Positions 56,058-64,000 of a DNA stretch of 64,000 nucleotides are shown piece after piece. The notes beneath the pieces were generated by a model, which was given only the letters and a program-made list of their open reading frames with translations, was not told where the DNA came from and did no database searches. The stretch is from an uncultured Acidimicrobiaceae bacterium (GTDB taxonomy: Bacteria; Actinomycetota; Acidimicrobiia; Acidimicrobiales; UBA8190), in assembly GCA_963737015.1 (NCBI GenBank), contig CAVTQZ010000001.1, positions 1,375,772 to 1,439,771 on the forward strand, read 5' to 3'. A program made the translations under genes and the position numbers. Numbering within the stretch: position 1 is the first letter of the stretch; every line of letters begins with the position of its first letter.

Positions 56058-57320
56058 CTATCCATCATGGCCCGTGACGACGGGCAAATGAGTGTCTGGC
56101 GAGGGAGCCCGGTCGGCAGCTGTTCTCGGGGACCGGCACCACCGGAGCAGCGGAGCTGCCACCGTTGGCCAGCTGAGAGAGCTGACTGCGGAGTCGAAAT
56201 CCGCGTTGGGCACCCCTTCGAGAAGGAGCTTCCTGAGACCCGCGGCGATCGCCCCGATGTCCCCGGCGGGGACGACGACGCCGAGCCCATGGGTCGCGAC
56301 CACCTCGCTCAACGGATCGCCCTCGGTCAACAGCATCGGCCGTCGCGCCCAGAGGTAATCGAGGACCCGGGTCCTCGAGGAGAATCTGGCCTCGATGTTG
56401 TCCAAGTGGGTGCTCACACACACGTCTGCGTCGAGCAGGAAGGACGGCCATAGGTCGTAGGGCACCCAGCCGTCGAAGAAGAACACGTTCGATCCGGTCA
56501 GTCCGAGGTCGTCACTGAGAGTCCGAAGCTCCGTTGCGATGCTCATCTCGGGAATGTTCCGATTTGGATTGCGAACGCCGAAGAAGACAAGGCGAATCCG
56601 AGGAATCTCCTGGCGCAACGTCTCGACGGCGCGCAAGAGCGACAGCGGATCGAACCACTCGTATATTCCCCCGCCCCATAACAGCACCGGATCATCGTCC
56701 GCGATCGCACCGAAGCTTTGCCTGAGGACATGCCCCCGCCACTTCGGTAGGTCGGTGGGCAATCCAAAAGGCACCACGTCGATGAGATTTCGAAGTGTCT
56801 CGTCGTTTTCGTAAGTGGAAGGGTTTACGCGACCGGTGAAGCTCAAAGCTCCGACCCAGAAGTCGCGCTGGCGCTCGTGTGCACAGATGAAGAAGTCGCC
56901 CCTCGTAAGGTCCTCGTTCACCACCGCTACCTGATGTGCTACATCTGTCTCGTGCTGTCTGCTCTCGCGTGCACCGGGTTCGAGGTTCTCGAGTTGTGTA
57001 GGTATGTACATGTCGATGGCGACCGGCTTGCCCGACTCGCGGATCACCGGGTGACGACGTACGACGCTCGTGAGCGCCACTACTGCATCTGACTTCTCGA
57101 CGAAGGTTTCAAGTTCCGCTCCGTCGACAGAAACGACCTCCATGTCCGGGTGGCGCCGGGTGGCTGGCGCGGTGCTCAGGAGCGTGACGTCGCAGTCCTC
57201 AGCTATGGCTTCTGCAAGATTCCAAGCGCGGATAGCAGGACCCGCCATCTGATCGTCGATCGGGTCGAATGCGAGGACGAGGACCCGCGGTATCCTGCCG
57301 TCACGAGCCAGATCCCGCAC
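56058..57320 (-). CDS. GT-B fold glycosyltransferase (GT4-like), paralog of 57342..58703
   Basis: Conserved core starts RVLVLAFDPIDDQMAGPAIRAW...GDFFICAHERQRDFW...WGGGIYEWFDPLSLL. Proposed GTG start 57320 (alternative ATG 57248); the track ORF extends to 57632 as antisense overlap. Confidence 0.6.
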   Translation of the reverse strand: MRDLARDGRIPRVLVLAFDPIDDQMAGPAIRAWNLAEAIAEDCDVTLLSTAPATRRHPDMEVVSVDGAELETFVEKSDAVVALTSVVRRHPVIRESGKPVAIDMYIPTQLENLEPGARESRQHETDVAHQVAVVNEDLTRGDFFICAHERQRDFWVGALSFTGRVNPSTYENDETLRNLIDVVPFGLPTDLPKWRGHVLRQSFGAIADDDPVLLWGGGIYEWFDPLSLLRAVETLRQEIPRIRLVFFGVRNPNRNIPEMSIATELRTLSDDLGLTGSNVFFFDGWVPYDLWPSFLLDADVCVSTHLDNIEARFSSRTRVLDYLWARRPMLLTEGDPLSEVVATHGLGVVVPAGDIGAIAAGLRKLLLEGVPNADFDSAVSSLSWPTVAAPLLRWCRSPRTAADRAPSPDTHLPVVTGHDG

Positions 57321-57341
57321 CGAGCCGACAGTACTCGGCGT

Positions 57342-58703
57342 GTGTTGATCGTGACCGAGGACGCCCTTCGGGAGGAAATGGCCGGGCCCTCGATCCGGGC
57401 GTGGCAGATCGCTCAGGCGCTGTCCGATGAAAACGCGGTGAAGCTCGTCTCCACCACCACCTGTGAGCGAAGCTCTGAACGCTTCGCAACCGAGAAAGCC
57501 GACTCGTCTCGGATTGCGGAGCTCGAGGGCTGGTGCGACGTGGCCATCGTGCAGGGATACGTGCTCGAGCGATTCCCCGCTTTGCGTGGCTCCGACAAGG
57601 TCATGGTGGTCGACCTCTACGATCCGCTTCACCTCGAGACCTTGGAGCTCACCAAAGAGCAGGAAGAGCCCGCCCGTTCGGGCAATCTCGCGACCTCGGT
57701 ACGCGTCCTTTCGGATCAGATTCGACGCGGTGACTTCTTCATATGCGCCAGCGAACGCCAGCGCGACCTATGGTTGGGGTTCCTCGCCTCAGCAGGGCGC
57801 CTGAACCCCGCGACGTACCGCGCCGACTCGACCCTGCGGGCTCTGATCGACACCGTGCCCTTCGGGCTTCCCGACGAGCCTCCCGTCCATACCTCAAATG
57901 CGATCAAGGGGGTCGTGCCGGGCATAAGCGTCGCAGACGAGGTGGTCCTTTGGGGAGGAGGCGTCTACGACTGGCTCGACCCCGTGACTTTGATACGCGC
58001 AGCGGAGATGCTTCACACGCGGCGCCCGTCGCTTCGCGTGTATTTCCTCGGGACGCGCCACCCGAACCCGGTTGTCGAGGAGTCGAAAAGGCTCGTAGAG
58101 GCGCGTGATCTGGCTGAAAAAGCGGGGCTCACGGACAAGGTTGTCTTCTTCAACGAAGGGTGGGTCCGTTACGAGGATCGCCAGAACCACCTTCTCGAAG
58201 CCGACGTGGGAGTCAGCCTGCACTTCCAACACGCGGAGACCGCATACTCGTTCCGCACGCGGCTGCTCGATTACTTGTGGGCCGGCCTTCCCGTGGTCGC
58301 GACGACGGGAGACGGATTCGCCGAGATCGTGGAACGCGAGGATCTCGGCATGACGGTGCCGGCCTGCGAACCGGGCGCGGTGGCGAACGCCCTCACGGAT
58401 TTGCTCGACGACGACGCAGGCCGCGAACCCCGACGGGAACGTGCACTCGCATTCGGAGCCAGGTTCAGGTGGTCGAACGCGTTGGCACCGCTCGTCGCCT
58501 TCTGCAGGGACCCGCGTCGAGCGGCCGATCTGCCTACGTGGACCGCGCCTTCCTCAGACCCAGCGGGACCGTCTGAAAGCGACATTCACCGAGCAGCAAA
58601 ACTGCTGCTGCACGGAGAACTACAGCCTGTGCTCAGCGCCTCGGGTCGCCGCCTCCGCCAACTCGCACGGCGGGTTCTTCGACCCGACGGTTCGCCCAGG
58701 TGA
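57342..58703 (+). CDS. GT-B fold glycosyltransferase (GT4-like), paralog of 56058..57320
   Basis: RVLIVTEDALREEMAGPSIRAW...GDFFICASERQRDLW...WGGGVYDWLDPVTLI...GLPVVATTGDGFAEIV. Proposed GTG start 57342 (alternative ATG 57381); the track ORF starts at 57150 in antisense overlap. Confidence 0.6.
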   Translation: MLIVTEDALREEMAGPSIRAWQIAQALSDENAVKLVSTTTCERSSERFATEKADSSRIAELEGWCDVAIVQGYVLERFPALRGSDKVMVVDLYDPLHLETLELTKEQEEPARSGNLATSVRVLSDQIRRGDFFICASERQRDLWLGFLASAGRLNPATYRADSTLRALIDTVPFGLPDEPPVHTSNAIKGVVPGISVADEVVLWGGGVYDWLDPVTLIRAAEMLHTRRPSLRVYFLGTRHPNPVVEESKRLVEARDLAEKAGLTDKVVFFNEGWVRYEDRQNHLLEADVGVSLHFQHAETAYSFRTRLLDYLWAGLPVVATTGDGFAEIVEREDLGMTVPACEPGAVANALTDLLDDDAGREPRRERALAFGARFRWSNALAPLVAFCRDPRRAADLPTWTAPSSDPAGPSESDIHRAAKLLLHGELQPVLSASGRRLRQLARRVLRPDGSPR

Positions 58704-58708
58704 GCTGA

Positions 58709-59800
58709 TCAGGCTCCCACTGCGTGTCTTACGAGTTCCACGAATCGCCCACGGGAACGCTGCAATGCAAAGTGATCCACGCGGCGCTTCGCGAGCAACG
58801 CCAACCTGGAGCGCAGTTCCTCGTCTTCCAGAACACGTGCAACCGCAGCCGCAAACAGCAGCGGGTCCTTTCGATCGAGAACGATGCCGGCGTCGTCGAC
58901 CGTCTCAGGTACCGCAGTGACACCGTAAGCGACCACCGGGACGCCCCTCCCCATCGCCTCGATCAGTGGAACACAGAATCCTTCGTGCTCCGACGCGCAT
59001 ACGAATACATCAGCGGCCCTGTAATAGGCCTCGAGAGTGGCCGCATCGACCGAACCGGTGACAGTCACCGCATCTTCCAATCCGAGTCCTGATACGAAAC
59101 CGCGCAAGGCCTCTGCATATCGATCACCTATCGGGGACCCGACCAGGTGGAGACGGGCCAGTGGGTCGTACAGCCTGCGCAGGACCGAGAGCATCTTCAC
59201 GAGATCGTGAGGAGCCTTGTGCGGTGACACCTTGCCCACGAAAAGGAGGTCCGCACCGCCTTTGGACTTGTTCTCCGCGAACCTGGACGTCATCAAGGAG
59301 TCGGGCTCAGAACCAGTCGTCGTCATGTCGATCAGCAGGGGTACGACTGCCGTTTCGGTGTAGCCAACGGAGCGGAGCTCGGTCTCGTTGAATGCCGAAT
59401 CCGCTACTGCGAGGCGGCTCTCGGGCGCGAGGCGTTCGAGCTGCGAGCGACCGAGGTTCACCTCGTAGGCGACCTCCGGCGCCCAGGCTTCCAGCAACGC
59501 CGCAGGGGTGATGTTGTGATAGTTCACGAGCTTCGGCTCGGTCCGCGACGCGAAGATGTCGTAAACGGGACTGCCGATCGATGCCTGGTAAAGGAGCCAG
59601 CGGTTGCGGCTCGTCCTGCCCAACTCGGTAACGTGCTTAGCGCGACCCAAGAGATCGGGTGTGCAGCTTCCGTAGAAGATCTCCGACTCGATACCCACCG
59701 CCCGGAGGGCCTCGGTCAACGCGAGAGAGTGGACCCCAATGGCGTCTCGGCTCGCCAGCGACGGGATGACTTGGTCAACGCGCACATCCGGAGTGTACAA
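58709..59800 (-). CDS. GT4-family glycosyltransferase
   Basis: 363 aa; LFVGKVSPHKAPHDLV...SEHEGFCVPLIEAMGRGVPVVAYGVTAVPETV. Confidence 0.75.
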   Translation of the reverse strand: MYTPDVRVDQVIPSLASRDAIGVHSLALTEALRAVGIESEIFYGSCTPDLLGRAKHVTELGRTSRNRWLLYQASIGSPVYDIFASRTEPKLVNYHNITPAALLEAWAPEVAYEVNLGRSQLERLAPESRLAVADSAFNETELRSVGYTETAVVPLLIDMTTTGSEPDSLMTSRFAENKSKGGADLLFVGKVSPHKAPHDLVKMLSVLRRLYDPLARLHLVGSPIGDRYAEALRGFVSGLGLEDAVTVTGSVDAATLEAYYRAADVFVCASEHEGFCVPLIEAMGRGVPVVAYGVTAVPETVDDAGIVLDRKDPLLFAAAVARVLEDEELRSRLALLAKRRVDHFALQRSRGRFVELVRHAVGA

Positions 59801-59846
59801 ACAGATCTCAACTGACTAGAGCGTTCGTGTATACCATCTCTGTCGA

Positions 59847-60740
59847 ATGACATCCCCGTTCCAGCCGCATCCTGACGACTCGACCGACGCTCGAGCCAGT
59901 GCGTCAGATCCAGAGAGCATTCGCGCTCAGGCCGAAAGTCTTCTCTGGTACCACTCGATCGACCTCGGTCATGGTGTGGTCACACCTGGCATTTCGACTG
60001 CAAACCAGCTCGAGCCTGCACAGCTGCCGGACCTGTCAGGGCGCAGCGTCCTCGACATCGGGGCGTGGGATGGCTATTACTCTTTTTTGGCTGAACGTCT
60101 CGGAGCATCACGTGTGTTGGCTTTGGACCATTACGTGTGGGGCGTCGATATCCAGGCCCGCCAGCGCTATTGGGACGAATGTGCTGCCGCAGGCGAATTT
60201 CCGGACCAGTCGAAAGACCTGACAGAGTTCTGGCGTTCGGACCTACCCGGAAAGAGTGCATTCGACTTCGCCCACGAGACCCTTCGAAGCAATGTCGAGT
60301 CGGTCGTCGGGGACTTCGCGACCATGGATCTCGCCAAGCTCGGGCAATTCGATGTGACCCTCTTCCTGGGTGTGCTCTACCACTTGAAGGACCCGTTGAG
60401 CGTCCTGGAGCGCGTACGCGCAGTCACCAGGCATGCGGCGGTCGTTGAAACAGTCGCCTTTCACATACACGGCCTGGACAATGCGAGCTACCTCCAATTT
60501 CTCGCCGGCCAGTCCTTCCAAACCGATTTCGGCAATTGGTACATGCCGACTATCGAAGCATTGAGCCAAATGTGCCTGGTGGCCGGCTTTGGCAGAACTT
60601 CAATCGTCGTAGGTCCCCCGCCGCGCCCAGCGCCGGCCTCACAGCCGCCTCGCAGACGACTTCCTTTCAAGCCCGCCGCGCCGCCGTCCCCGGGGCTCGA
60701 AGTGAGCACGTATCGGGCAGTGGTTCACGCATACGTCTGA
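59847..60740 (+). CDS. Class I SAM-dependent methyltransferase (polysaccharide-cluster type)
   Basis: VLDIGAWDGYYSFLAE motif I; 297 aa; ATG 59847. Confidence 0.7.
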   Translation: MTSPFQPHPDDSTDARASASDPESIRAQAESLLWYHSIDLGHGVVTPGISTANQLEPAQLPDLSGRSVLDIGAWDGYYSFLAERLGASRVLALDHYVWGVDIQARQRYWDECAAAGEFPDQSKDLTEFWRSDLPGKSAFDFAHETLRSNVESVVGDFATMDLAKLGQFDVTLFLGVLYHLKDPLSVLERVRAVTRHAAVVETVAFHIHGLDNASYLQFLAGQSFQTDFGNWYMPTIEALSQMCLVAGFGRTSIVVGPPPRPAPASQPPRRRLPFKPAAPPSPGLEVSTYRAVVHAYV

Positions 60741-60754
60741 CGGGTCGCCTTACC

Positions 60755-61270
60755 TCAACGCCAATCTGGTTGCGGGATTCCTACCTTTCCCTGCGCTATC
60801 GAGCGGCTCGGCACGACCGCGTCGAGCACACCCGCATGAACCACCTGGTATCCGTCGCCTATCGATCTCAACCTTCCAAGGAATACGTCTTCAGACAAGC
60901 CGTCCGGTCCGGGAAACGGCTCTTGAAACGCTCCCGTAGCTTCAGCAGTCCGATTCGGGGCGTAGAAGATCCACGCCTGGTTTCGCGCCGCGCGGACCCG
61001 ATAGTACAAGGCGACCCAGCGATCGGCTGTGACGTCACTGACTTGAAGTCGGTTATCGCTCAACAGGTCCAGATCGTAAGCAACCCAATAGACGGCATAG
61101 CCCGCTTTCACGCCATCGTGCTCGAGAACACCGACAGACGTTTCCGCTGTCTTGTTGGGATCACCGGTTAGCGTCCAAAGCGAAGAGTGGGAAGGTTCTA
61201 ACCAGTTGTCTCTGAAGGATACGAATGTGCTGGCGCACACCGCCAAGACCACGGCGGACGTCGAGCGCGT
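60755..61270 (-). CDS. Either the extracytoplasmic C-terminal domain of the upstream GT-C membrane protein (frameshifted) or an independent small secreted protein
   Basis: The distal ~150 aa of track ORF 60755..61423 (RSTSAVVLAVCASTFVSF TM/anchor then DNWLEPSHSSLWTLTGDP...YAVYWVAYDLDLL...WIFYAPN...) has good coding character. It has no clean start codon of its own and overlaps the 3' end of ORF 61161..62483 in another frame. Confidence 0.3.
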   Translation of the reverse strand, partial: TRSTSAVVLAVCASTFVSFRDNWLEPSHSSLWTLTGDPNKTAETSVGVLEHDGVKAGYAVYWVAYDLDLLSDNRLQVSDVTADRWVALYYRVRAARNQAWIFYAPNRTAEATGAFQEPFPGPDGLSEDVFLGRLRSIGDGYQVVHAGVLDAVVPSRSIAQGKVGIPQPDWR

Positions 61271-62483
61271 TTCCGAAGCTTCCGGTTGAGTTGAAGAATC
61301 TGCGAGATCTGTCGACGCCGGCTCGCACCGTTGTGCTTCCGCACACCACGAACAGCAACAACGGTAGCAGGTAGAGGCCGTACTGGCCCTGTTCCCAGAA
61401 GCTGGTGGCAGGAAAGACGGCATACCAGAACGGAAAGAGCACGACTCCCAACGCGCACCAGCTCGTCTTAGACAGAAGGCCGGTGTCGGCGATTCTCATC
61501 ACCGCCCTTACGCACAGAGTCAACAAGATCATCCCTGCGGTGACAAAGAGAACCTCTCCCAGGGGTCCGCCGACCCATGAACCGGACAGCGGAAGCTTGA
61601 CACCCAGCATGATCGGGAGGGTCTTCCAGAAGAAGACGGACAAGCGTCCAAGGTACGAAGAATGGACATAGGTCGGCGAGGAACTCAGCTTCAGTGAGGC
61701 AAACCCGTCATGGAAGTTCGTCCACAGCCAAGGAAAGGCGCCGACCACCGAACCCGCAATCAAGGGTACGACGAGCTTGACGACCCGTTTGACGGGCCAG
61801 CCATCGGCTGAGCGCAGCCTCACCACGATGCTCAGCAAACCGATAAGGGGCACGGCGAAATAGACGCTCTCGGGCGAGGACCACCAAAGGATCCCTACCG
61901 ACAATCCCAGCAGCACGCAGTTGACCAACGACGAATCGTCTATAAGGCGCAATGCGAAGAGCAAGCTGGCCAGACCAGCCGCCATCGTGACACCCCTGAA
62001 CCCCCATTCGTAAGTTGAATTCCAAAGTCCAGCTTCGGGCCACACCCAATAGATGCAAGCCGCCACAACGCCCAGCCATGCGAATTCCGGAGGGACGAGC
62101 CGTCGAACGATTCGCCACACGAAGATGGCAGCAAGCGTTCCCAAAAAGCTCACCGTGGCGTAGACGGCAACCGTGGCACCGAAGAGGAGCGAGAAGAAGG
62201 CAACGACATAAGGTTCGACCCCTCCGTACGCCTGACCCCAGTACAGCGAGTAAAAGTGACCCTGCCTGATCTGAGTGGCCATGAGCCCCGCGATCGCCTC
62301 GTCGCTGGTAAGCGGGTGGTGTGTCAAGAGCCAGGCTCGCAGCAAAACCCCGAGACCGACAGCGAACACCAAGGAAAGCACCAACACTCCCCTTGTCACT
62401 CGCCGTTTCGTTGTAGGGGCCGATGCCGCCCGGAACCGCCTCCCGGCGATGCGTTCGCTCGGGCGGATCAGGTCTGACGCCAT
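61161..62483 (-). CDS. GT-C superfamily membrane glycosyltransferase (PMT_2 / ArnT-like, GT39/GT83-type)
   Basis: 440-aa polytopic protein with LTSDEAIAGLMA (conserved DE in the first extracytoplasmic loop) and about 11 TM helices. The last ~50 aa in this frame are Arg-rich out-of-frame-like sequence (see 60755..61270). Confidence 0.55.
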   Translation of the reverse strand: MASDLIRPSERIAGRRFRAASAPTTKRRVTRGVLVLSLVFAVGLGVLLRAWLLTHHPLTSDEAIAGLMATQIRQGHFYSLYWGQAYGGVEPYVVAFFSLLFGATVAVYATVSFLGTLAAIFVWRIVRRLVPPEFAWLGVVAACIYWVWPEAGLWNSTYEWGFRGVTMAAGLASLLFALRLIDDSSLVNCVLLGLSVGILWWSSPESVYFAVPLIGLLSIVVRLRSADGWPVKRVVKLVVPLIAGSVVGAFPWLWTNFHDGFASLKLSSSPTYVHSSYLGRLSVFFWKTLPIMLGVKLPLSGSWVGGPLGEVLFVTAGMILLTLCVRAVMRIADTGLLSKTSWCALGVVLFPFWYAVFPATSFWEQGQYGLYLLPLLLFVVCGSTTVRAGVDRSRRFFNSTGSFGNALDVRRGLGGVRQHIRILQRQLVRTFPLFALDANR

Positions 62484-62531
62484 TTCACGATGGCAGACGA
62501 TCTTGGCGGCAACGTGGCACCCGCGTAGGGG

Positions 62532-63473
62532 CTAAGTACTGCGTCTACGACAGACGTAAGCGAGCAGATAGCAGCTTTCAATGTCCGCGAAGAAGCCACG
62601 GTTGGTGGCAACTTCCTCATACGAGAAGACCCCGCTCTTCACCGATTCCCCGGCGTAATTGAGACCCTTTGCCTCCAACACCTCGAAGCCCCCGCTCCGG
62701 AGCTTCTCGAGCATCTCTTCGTGCGTGTATTCGTACTCATGGTCGGGGTCTATGAATTCGTCTTGTTCGAGGCGGGTGACACGTGCATTCGGCGTGTCGA
62801 GCGCCAGATATCCCCCGGGACGCAGGACCCGGCCAACCTCTCGCAGGACCTCGTCGGCCTCTCGGATGCTCACGTGCTCGATGCTCTCGCCGCTGTAGAC
62901 GAGATCGAAGTACGAATCACCGTACTGCGACAGGTCACTCATCGAGTGATATCGGTAACGCACCGGGCCTAGCGAGGTCATCACTTCGTTGCGCAGGTCG
63001 TCCTCACGGTAGAGCTCGTGGCGCGCCTCGGAAGGTAAATCGACGATGACGACCTCTTCGAAAGAGTAGGGATAACCCATCGTCACTAGGGCACCCTCAT
63101 CCCTGTCGAGGGCCGTTCCACCGAGGTCGAGGATCCTCGTTGCCGGAGGCAGCGACCGGACGAAGAGGCAACGACTGGCGTGAACAGACGGACTGAGCTG
63201 CGAAAAACGAACCTTTCCCGTGGTCCACTCAGCCGAGTTGAGGATTCGCTCCGCGAGTTCCATCGGCGACATCGATCCGCTGCGGAGCGCGCCGAGGTAA
63301 CTATCGGAACCGGAGGGGTCCGGCTCTCTGTGCAACAGCAGCTCGTAACAAAGCTGGAGCACCTTCTCCGGTGGCAGGCGCCGAAAACCGGGGCACCCGG
63401 CATAGCCGTTGTGCGAACGTCGCAGCCCCAGGCGACGAAGGGTCGCACCCGCTATCGGTCGAAGCGACGGCAT
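62532..63473 (-). CDS. DUF4214-like domain fused to class I SAM-dependent methyltransferase
   Basis: The ATG 63473 start (MPSLRPIAG...) is preferred over the track start. N-terminus LCYELLLHREPDPSGSDSYLGAL; C-terminus ILDLGGT...VLRPGGYLALDTPN. Confidence 0.65.
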   Translation of the reverse strand: MPSLRPIAGATLRRLGLRRSHNGYAGCPGFRRLPPEKVLQLCYELLLHREPDPSGSDSYLGALRSGSMSPMELAERILNSAEWTTGKVRFSQLSPSVHASRCLFVRSLPPATRILDLGGTALDRDEGALVTMGYPYSFEEVVIVDLPSEARHELYREDDLRNEVMTSLGPVRYRYHSMSDLSQYGDSYFDLVYSGESIEHVSIREADEVLREVGRVLRPGGYLALDTPNARVTRLEQDEFIDPDHEYEYTHEEMLEKLRSGGFEVLEAKGLNYAGESVKSGVFSYEEVATNRGFFADIESCYLLAYVCRRRST

Positions 63474-63481
63474 CCCGGCCG

Positions 63482-64000
63482 TCAGCTCCTTCCCCTGGCG
63501 ACCACGTCCTCCAAGAACCCCTCGTAGCGCCGGATGAGCACAGGCCAGCTGTAGTGCTTCTCGACATACGCATGGCCTCGTTCGCCGAGCACCTTCCGCA
63601 ACCGGTCGTCCGAGAGGAGACGATCGAGCACCGCCTCGAATTCGGCGTATGACCCGAACCAGAGCCCACCCCCCGATCGCTCGCAGTGCTCGCGGGTGGG
63701 ATCGCACGTTGCGTTCACCACGACAGGCACGGACTGTTCCCAGGCTTCCATCACCACGAGCGAAAAGGATTCGAGAGCCGAAGGCGAGACGGACACGATG
63801 GCGTCGCGGACGATCGACCACTTGTCACTCTCGCTCACGACGCCCGTGAGAAAGACATCGCGATGTGCGGGGATTTTCGCCGACACCGGACCGACAAGAG
63901 CAAGGGCGAGTGGCCCCGGGTGGCGTTTCTTGTATGTCCTGAAGAAGGCCGCGAGCATGGACGAGCCCTTCTGATCGTCCACGCGACCGACGCTCACCAG
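63482..64000 (-). CDS. GT4-family glycosyltransferase, C-terminal part (5' end outside window)
   Basis: VGRVDDQKGSSMLAA...ESFSLVVMEAWEQSVPVVV; no stop is met on the minus strand up to the window edge. Confidence 0.6.
   Translation of the reverse strand: MVSVGRVDDQKGSSMLAAFFRTYKKRHPGPLALALVGPVSAKIPAHRDVFLTGVVSESDKWSIVRDAIVSVSPSALESFSLVVMEAWEQSVPVVVNATCDPTREHCERSGGGLWFGSYAEFEAVLDRLLSDDRLRKVLGERGHAYVEKHYSWPVLIRRYEGFLEDVVARGRS

Noticed and set aside
57150-57632. Long N-terminal extensions of both divergent GT genes (plus ORF from 57150, minus ORF from 57632)
   Set aside because: The two extensions are antisense to each other and to the partner gene's conserved core, so they cannot both be real. 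Neither shows conservation with the paralog, so shorter starts at the conserved core were preferred.
1-64000. Searched for CRISPR arrays, transposases, integrases, phage or defense-system genes
   Set aside because: No direct-repeat/spacer arrays and no recombinase, transposase, restriction, Cas or toxin-antitoxin-like ORFs were seen. The tRNA-Gly at 34593-34665 has no adjacent integrase or duplicated 3' end, so there is no sign of an integrated element.

Overview
High-GC (~68-70%) actinobacterial-type chromosomal segment with about 60 genes, one tRNA-Gly(GCC), and no rRNA, CRISPR, transposase or integrase. The window is core/accessory chromosome, not an obvious mobile island.

From the start it holds: a split LigD-like DNA repair set (PHP phosphoesterase, stand-alone LigD polymerase domain, LigC-like ATP ligase); ftsH; a Tat-secreted DUF1800/DUF1501 pair; a complete kdpFABC-kdpDE potassium-uptake locus in which kdpD is split into a sensor gene and a divergent kinase gene; an FtsX-type permease; and an APC permease followed by two TrkA-like genes, as in mycobacterial Rv2690c-ceoB-ceoC. 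A block of small-molecule-modifying enzymes follows (methyltransferases, F420-type luciferase-like oxidoreductase, DUF488, alpha/beta hydrolase, GNATs, a GGDEF protein, a COMT-like O-methyltransferase). Then come flotillin/NfeD with an AlkP-family phosphodiesterase, lipid-metabolism genes (WS/DGAT, acyl-CoA ligase, crotonase), dut, orn, an aldo/keto reductase, and a LiaFSR-like PspC-domain three-component cell-envelope stress module.

The last ~18 kb (45.5-64 kb) is the most unusual region. It is a long, translationally coupled minus-strand operon of GT2/GT4 glycosyltransferases, a GT-C (PMT/ArnT-like) membrane transferase and methyltransferases, together with two adjacent large secreted proteins that share a tandem 42-47 aa repeat (one SpoIID-domain protein, one FG-GAP beta-propeller protein). 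This looks like a surface glycoconjugate or protein-glycosylation locus.

Four, possibly five, genes (kdpB, kdpD-N, GGDEF, GT2, perhaps the GT-C) carry single-base frameshifts at short G/C runs. These are either homopolymer sequencing errors or real pseudogenes. Many long ORFs in the supplied track are GC-rich antisense artefacts and were not called.
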